From the NCBI GenBank assembly GCA_050174015.1, contig JBFXKG010000009.1:64001-128000 (forward strand): a stretch of DNA of 64,000 nucleotides. Direction: 5' to 3'. The DNA comes from Candidatus Krumholzibacteriia bacterium. Its GTDB lineage: Bacteria; Krumholzibacteriota; Krumholzibacteriia; LZORAL124-64-63. A program made the position numbers and the translations under genes. Positions 59,147 to 64,000 of this stretch are shown one piece after another. Numbering within the stretch: position 1 is the first letter of the stretch; the number at the start of each line of letters is the position of its first letter. The notes under the pieces were generated by a model. The model was not told the DNA's origin. It made no database searches and was given only the letters and a program-made list of their open reading frames with translations.

Positions 59147-60331
59147 TCAGGCGGGGATGATCCCCAGTTCCCTGCCCACCTTGACCATGATGTCCATGGC
59201 CTTGTGGATCTCGTCCTCGGTGTGCGTGGCCATCAGGCTCAGGCGGATCAGGGCGTTGCCCTGCTCCACCGCGGGGCTGACCACCGGGTTGACGAAGACG
59301 CCCTCGTCGATGAGCCGGCGGCACATCCGGAAGGCCATCATGTCCTCGCCCACCACGGCGGGGATGATGGGCGTCTCGCTGGGCCCGGTGTCGAAGCCGG
59401 CGTCATCGAGGCGCTCCCGCATGATGTCGTTGTTCCGCCAGAGGGCCTCGTGCCGCCAGGTCTCCTCGAGCATGACGTCCACCGCCGCGGAGACCGAGGC
59501 CACCGAGGCGGGAGGCATGCTGGCCGAGAACATCAGGGCCCGGGCCACGTGCTGGATGTAGTGGATGGTGTCCGCGTCGCTGGCGATGAAGCCGCCGACC
59601 GAGGCCAGGGACTTGCTGAAGGTCCCCATGATCAGCTGGACCTGGTCCGTGAGGCCGAAGTGGTTGCAGGTGCCGCGGCCCTGCTCCCCGAGGACGCCCA
59701 CTCCGTGGGCGTCGTCCACCATCACCACCGCGTCGTACTTGCGGGCCAGTTCCACGATCCGGGGCAACCGGGCGATGTCGCCCTCCATGGAGAACACGCC
59801 GTCCACGATGATCAGCTTGTTCAGGCCCAGGTCGTTCTTAAGGACGAGTTCCAGGTTCTCCATGTCGTTGTGCTTGAATTTGCGCACGTCGGCGAAGCTG
59901 AGCCGGGCGCCGTCGATGATGGAGGCGTGGTCGGTGCGGTCGACGACGATGATCTCGTTGCGGCCGGCCAGGGAGCTCAGGACCCCCTGGTTGACCATGA
60001 ACCCGGTGGAAAAGACCAGGGCCTTCTCCTTGCCGACCAGGGCGGCCAGCTTCTCCTCGAGTTCGATGTGGATGTCCAGGGTCCCGTTGAGGAAGCGGGA
60101 CCCGGCGCAGCCGGTCCCGTACTTGGCGATCGCCTCCCGGGCGGCTTCCTTGACCCGGGGGTGGTTCGTCAACCCCAGGTAGTTGTTGCTGCCCAGCATG
60201 ATGACTTCCCGACCCTTGTAGCGGACCGTGTTCTCCTGGGCCGATTCGATGACCCTGAAGTAGTTGTACAGGTCGGCGGCCATCAGGTCCTTGGCCGGAC
60301 GGAATTGGTGAACCTTGTCGAGAAGCCCCAT
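59147..60331 (-). CDS. spt: PLP-dependent alpha-oxoamine synthase, probable serine palmitoyltransferase
   Basis: YFR.I, GSNNYLGL, GTGCAGSRFLNGTLDIH, DHASIIDG, DGVFSMEGD, DDAH, GTFSKS; operon with bCerS/CerR-like genes. Confidence 0.8.
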   Translation of the reverse strand: MGLLDKVHQFRPAKDLMAADLYNYFRVIESAQENTVRYKGREVIMLGSNNYLGLTNHPRVKEAAREAIAKYGTGCAGSRFLNGTLDIHIELEEKLAALVGKEKALVFSTGFMVNQGVLSSLAGRNEIIVVDRTDHASIIDGARLSFADVRKFKHNDMENLELVLKNDLGLNKLIIVDGVFSMEGDIARLPRIVELARKYDAVVMVDDAHGVGVLGEQGRGTCNHFGLTDQVQLIMGTFSKSLASVGGFIASDADTIHYIQHVARALMFSASMPPASVASVSAAVDVMLEETWRHEALWRNNDIMRERLDDAGFDTGPSETPIIPAVVGEDMMAFRMCRRLIDEGVFVNPVVSPAVEQGNALIRLSLMATHTEDEIHKAMDIMVKVGRELGIIPA

Positions 60332-60474
60332 GCGTTTCCACTTCCTTGAAATAACAAAGAGCGAGGGCGCTTCACGCCCCGCCTTCCGGATCCTGAGGCT
60401 CAGAAAATAGCCCCCTGCCGGGATCCAGACAACTAGAAAACCTCGGCGGCGGGGGGAGGTCCCCGCCCGTGCTT

Positions 60475-61365
60475 TCATTCATGGGCTGGTCCTTCCGGGG
60501 GGGAACCGGCCCCGCTGCAGATCAGCAGGGCGGCGTAGCTGACGGAAAGGGAGTAGTCGCCGTCGCGGTCGGCGCTGCGGGCGTAGTCGAGCAGGGCGGC
60601 CTCGTACCCGGGGGGAAGACCGCAGGCCAGCGCCAGGGCGGCGGCCTCGAGCCCGCACATGGTGATGCCGGTGCCGGCCCCGTATTCCACCAGGCCCGTC
60701 GGCTCGTTGCCCAGGATCTTCAGGATGGCGCCGGCGTCCAGCCGCTCGATCTGCTCGGGCACGTCCCGCCTGAAGGGGACGTACCCGAACGAGGCGCCGT
60801 AGTGGGTGAAGTCGGTGGAGACGAGCAACAGATCGTCCTTTCCGAGGACGGCGCGCAGGGCGGCTGCGGCTTCCCGGCGGCGATCCTCCCCCAGCCGGGG
60901 CACCAGCATGGGGACGAGGGAAGGCGGCGCCTCGGGGCGCAACCGCTGCAGGAACGGCAGCTGGATCTCCACGGCGTGCTCGTCGGCGTGGGCGCGGTCA
61001 TCGACGGTGAAGGCGGGGCAGCTCGCCAGGGCCCTCACGGCCGCCGTGTCGACGGGCAGGGACCCCAGGGGTGTGGCGAAGGCCCCGGCTCCGCTGAGGG
61101 CGATGCGGTCGATGGCGACCCGGTGATTGGGGGCCAGGAGGAAGACCCGGTTCCAGCGGGAATCCCGCAGCAGCCCGTAGGCCTTGCCGGCGGTCGCGGC
61201 GCTGTAGGCGTAGCCGGCGTGAGGGACCACCGCGATCAGGGGACGGCCCGAGGGCCGCAGCGCCGGGTCGGCCAGGGCCAGGCACCGGTCCACCTCCCGG
61301 GCCAGGACGACCGGGTCGCCGGGATACCATGACCCCGCGAGGACGGGAGGGCGGACGGCGGTCAC
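60475..61365 (-). CDS. amrB: AmmeMemoRadiSam system protein B (MEMO1 family)
   Basis: RPPVLAGSWYP, PHAGY.YS, APNH, TPLG, EHAVEIQLPFLQ, STDFTHYG, TMCG, VSYA. Confidence 0.92.
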   Translation of the reverse strand: MTAVRPPVLAGSWYPGDPVVLAREVDRCLALADPALRPSGRPLIAVVPHAGYAYSAATAGKAYGLLRDSRWNRVFLLAPNHRVAIDRIALSGAGAFATPLGSLPVDTAAVRALASCPAFTVDDRAHADEHAVEIQLPFLQRLRPEAPPSLVPMLVPRLGEDRRREAAAALRAVLGKDDLLLVSTDFTHYGASFGYVPFRRDVPEQIERLDAGAILKILGNEPTGLVEYGAGTGITMCGLEAAALALACGLPPGYEAALLDYARSADRDGDYSLSVSYAALLICSGAGSPPEGPAHE

Positions 61366-61392
61366 GCGGCTGCCTCCAGGGGGAAATCCGGG

Positions 61393-61421
61393 TTGGAACC
61401 TCAGGACTTACGGCGTATCAT
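61393..61421 (+). promoter_or_regulatory. Possible sigma70-type promoter for the STAS-NUDIX-mrp operon
   Basis: TTGGAA (61393-61398), 17-nt spacer, TATCAT (61416-61421). Confidence 0.4.
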
Positions 61422-61471
61422 ATAGCAGGACTGGACAAAAGGGTATCCCCAACCCCTCAAGGAGGGCCGAT

Positions 61472-61816
61472 TTGAATATCAAGCAGAACCTCAAGGGCGA
61501 GATCATGGTCCTGAGCCTGTCCGGCAAGATCATGGGCGGGCCTGATCACGAGAAGTTCCAGAGCGAGATCAAGACCCTGGTCAGCGACGGATACGTCGAC
61601 GTCCTGCTGGATCTGAGCAAAGTCAGCTGGGTGAACTCCACGGGCCTGGGGATCCTCGTGTCCGCCTACCATACGCTGAAGAAGAACGGCGGCACCCTGA
61701 AGATCTGCAGCGTGAGCGATCGCATCGACAACATCCTGAACGTCACCCAGTTGAAGCTGGTCTTCGAGACCTTCGAGGATTGCGAATCCGCCCTGGCTTC
61801 GTTCGGCCAGGGATGA
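61472..61816 (+). CDS. STAS-domain anti-sigma-factor antagonist
   Basis: AAGGAGG SD with TTG start; LDLSKVSWVNSTGLGILV; GGTLKI; VTQL..VF. Confidence 0.92.
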   Translation: MNIKQNLKGEIMVLSLSGKIMGGPDHEKFQSEIKTLVSDGYVDVLLDLSKVSWVNSTGLGILVSAYHTLKKNGGTLKICSVSDRIDNILNVTQLKLVFETFEDCESALASFGQG

Positions 61817-62268
61817 CCGCCGAGGGAGCCTCCTTCCGCAACCCTGCGCTGACCGTCGACGGCGTCGTCGTCCACGACGGCCCCGGCGGGCCGGCCGTCC
61901 TGCTGATCCGCCGCGGGCTGCCGCCCTTCGCCGGCTCCTACGCGTTGCCGGGCGGGTTCGTCGAGTACGGGGAGGACATCGCCGACGCCATCCTGCGCGA
62001 GATCGCCGAGGAAACCGGCCTCAAGGGTGTCGTCTTCACGCAGTTCCGGGCCTTCGGGTCGCCCGGCCGGGATCCCCGCGGCCACACCGTGTCCATCGTC
62101 TACACGGCGGTCCTGCGGGGGGAACGGCCCCCGGTCGCGGGAGGGGACGATGCGGCGGAGGCGCGGTGGTTTCCGGCGGGAGAGCTGCCGGACCTGGCCT
62201 TCGACCACGGGTTAATCCTGCACCAGGCCCTGGCGGCCTTGTCATTTCTCAAGGAGTCCGAATCGTGA
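61813..62268 (+). CDS. NUDIX hydrolase
   Basis: Nudix box GGFVEYGE......REIAEETG; RDPRGH; GDDA; LAFDH. Confidence 0.93.
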   Translation: MTAEGASFRNPALTVDGVVVHDGPGGPAVLLIRRGLPPFAGSYALPGGFVEYGEDIADAILREIAEETGLKGVVFTQFRAFGSPGRDPRGHTVSIVYTAVLRGERPPVAGGDDAAEARWFPAGELPDLAFDHGLILHQALAALSFLKESES

Positions 62269-63356
62269 GCACCAAGTTGAATCCGGAAACGGTCATGGAG
62301 GCCCTCCGCCAGGTCAAGGTTCCCGGCACCAGGGTGGACGTCGTCTCGGTCAACCTCATCGGCGAGATCAAGGTCACCGGCGGCGAGGTCGTCGTTTCGG
62401 TGGTCAAGACGACCGAGAAGGACGAGACCATCGCCGCGGTCCGTGAAGGCGTCGCCCAGGTCGTGTCGGCCCTGCCGGGCGTCCTGAAGGTGGACGTCCC
62501 GGTGGACGACCGGTCCGCCCCGAAGCGCAAGGCTCCCGCCGGCCCCCACGGCCAGTCGCCCGATCCCTTCGCCGATCGCAAGAAGCTGCCGGGCGTCGGC
62601 CGCATCATCGCCGTGGCCAGCGCCAAGGGCGGCGTCGGCAAGTCCTCCGTCGCGGTGAACCTGGCCCTGGCCCTGCGGGACCGCGGCCACCGGGTCGGTC
62701 TGCTCGATTCCGACGTCTACGGCCCCAGCATCCCGACCATGCTGGGCGTCACCGGGATGCCCGAGGTCACCGCCGACCGCAGGATCTTCCCCGTCGAGTC
62801 CCACGGCCTGCAGGTCATCAGCATGGGCCTGCTCATGCCGCCCGACCAGCCGGTCATCTGGCGCGGCCCCCTGGTGTTCTCCGCCGTCAAGCAGTTCCTC
62901 AAGGACGTCCAGTGGGCCGGCCTGGACTACCTGGTCGTGGACCTGCCCCCCGGAACGGGCGACGCGCAGCTCACCCTCGTCCAGCAGGTCCCCCTGAGCG
63001 GCATCGTCATGGTCACCACTCCCCAGGAAGTGGCCCTGGCAGACGTGCGTCGCGGGATCAGGATGTTCCGGGACGTGGAGGTGCCGGTCCTGGGCATCGT
63101 GGAGAACATGAGCTACTTCGTCTGCCCGGGTTGCGGGGACAAGCACGACATCTTCGGCCTCGGCGGGGGCGCCGGTGTGGCCGCGCAGTTCGGTCTGCCG
63201 TTGCTGGGGGAGATCCCCATCGATCCGCTCATCCGCAAGGGAGGCGACGCGGGCAAGCCCGCAGTGGAGCAGGGCGACAGCCCCACCCGCGAGGCATTCC
63301 TGGCCCTGGCGGCCAGGGTGGAGGAACTGGCCGTGGATCAGGCCGCCACACCCTGA
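62265..63356 (+). CDS. mrp: Mrp/NBP35 (ApbC) Fe-S cluster carrier ATPase
   Basis: SAKGGVGKS, DVYGPSIP, WRGP, DLPPGTGDAQL, ENMS...CPGC. Confidence 0.95.
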   Translation: MSTKLNPETVMEALRQVKVPGTRVDVVSVNLIGEIKVTGGEVVVSVVKTTEKDETIAAVREGVAQVVSALPGVLKVDVPVDDRSAPKRKAPAGPHGQSPDPFADRKKLPGVGRIIAVASAKGGVGKSSVAVNLALALRDRGHRVGLLDSDVYGPSIPTMLGVTGMPEVTADRRIFPVESHGLQVISMGLLMPPDQPVIWRGPLVFSAVKQFLKDVQWAGLDYLVVDLPPGTGDAQLTLVQQVPLSGIVMVTTPQEVALADVRRGIRMFRDVEVPVLGIVENMSYFVCPGCGDKHDIFGLGGGAGVAAQFGLPLLGEIPIDPLIRKGGDAGKPAVEQGDSPTREAFLALAARVEELAVDQAATP

Positions 63357-63368
63357 CGAGGGAGGGGC

Positions 63369-64000
63369 CTACCGGTCGCCGGGCCGGGCCTCGGCCGCCT
63401 CGGCGGGGATCCGGTAGAATCGCCGCAGATCCTCCAGCCGGCCCTGCTCTTCCAGCCTCCGGATGCCGTCATCCAGGATCCCGGCCAGCCTCCGGCCCTT
63501 GCCGGAGGAGGGGGTGAAGGCGATGTAGCAGGCGCTGCGCCGGGGCAGGGTGCCGGCGGACCGGATGCGGTCCGCGAATCCCAGGTTGCCCGCGACGTAG
63601 CGCACCGTGCCTTCGTCCCCGGCCAGGACGTCGATGCTCCGGTTGACCAGCTTCAGGATGTTCCGCCGCATGGGGAAGGTCCCGGATTCCGCCTGGACCA
63701 GCGCGGGGTTGTCGGCGTTGCGGCCGATGTAGTCGTTGAGCCACTCCACGTAGTCGTAACCCTCGATGCAGCCCAGGCGCCGGTCCGCCAGGGATTCGGG
63801 TCCCCGGAAGACCCAGTCGGAGCCGGCGAGGGTGAAGAAGACGACCTGGCTGTACAGGAGAGGCTCCTGGGGGATGACCAGGCCCATCCCTTCCTCGGTC
63901 GTGGCTGCGATCGCACCGTCGTAACGCCCCTCGCGTGCTCCGGCCAGGGACTCCTCCCAGGGCAGGACCCGGTATTCCACCCGATAGCCCAGGGGTTCGA
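63369..64000 (-). CDS. Family-3 periplasmic solute-binding protein (5'-truncated by window edge)
   Basis: LPW..SL...G.YDG, LG.I.GYDY, YIAFTP, LDDGI..L...G; frame open to window end. Confidence 0.8.
   Translation of the reverse strand, partial: EPLGYRVEYRVLPWEESLAGAREGRYDGAIAATTEEGMGLVIPQEPLLYSQVVFFTLAGSDWVFRGPESLADRRLGCIEGYDYVEWLNDYIGRNADNPALVQAESGTFPMRRNILKLVNRSIDVLAGDEGTVRYVAGNLGFADRIRSAGTLPRRSACYIAFTPSSGKGRRLAGILDDGIRRLEEQGRLEDLRRFYRIPAEAAEARPGDR

Overview
High-GC bacterial chromosome segment. FlgD-Ig C-terminal tags and a '...WGALKxLYR' C-terminal motif suggest an FCB-group lineage such as Krumholzibacteriota/Latescibacterota/Eisenbacteria (inference only). Contents, left to right: (1) two large secreted FlgD-Ig-tailed proteins sharing an unnamed repeated module; (2) the complete str-S10-spc-alpha ribosomal superoperon (rpsL to rplQ), whose fusA has lost the conserved domain IV loops and whose S5 has a Gly/Pro/Arg tail; (3) fabH, a GldA/GldF-GldG-like ABC module, an M23 peptidase, an FG-GAP protein, adenosine deaminase, several secreted hypotheticals, metG, an M61-like peptidase and an SDR; (4) a two-gene mini-operon (unannotated small membrane ORF plus FmdB zinc ribbon) in which both UGA codons are followed by similarly placed hairpins, suggesting two selenoproteins; (5) a hybrid sensor kinase divergent from a clade II nitrous-oxide reductase cluster (cytochrome c, nosZ, nosB-nosD fusion, nosF, nosL, cupredoxin-like gene, nosY); (6) a four-gene putative sphingolipid operon (Spt, bCerS-like GNAT, CerR-like reductase, Aur1/PAP2-like enzyme); (7) amrB, STAS, NUDIX, Mrp and a partial solute-binding protein. 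No rRNA, tRNA, CRISPR array or mobile element was seen. All family calls come from motif recognition by eye, not database searches.
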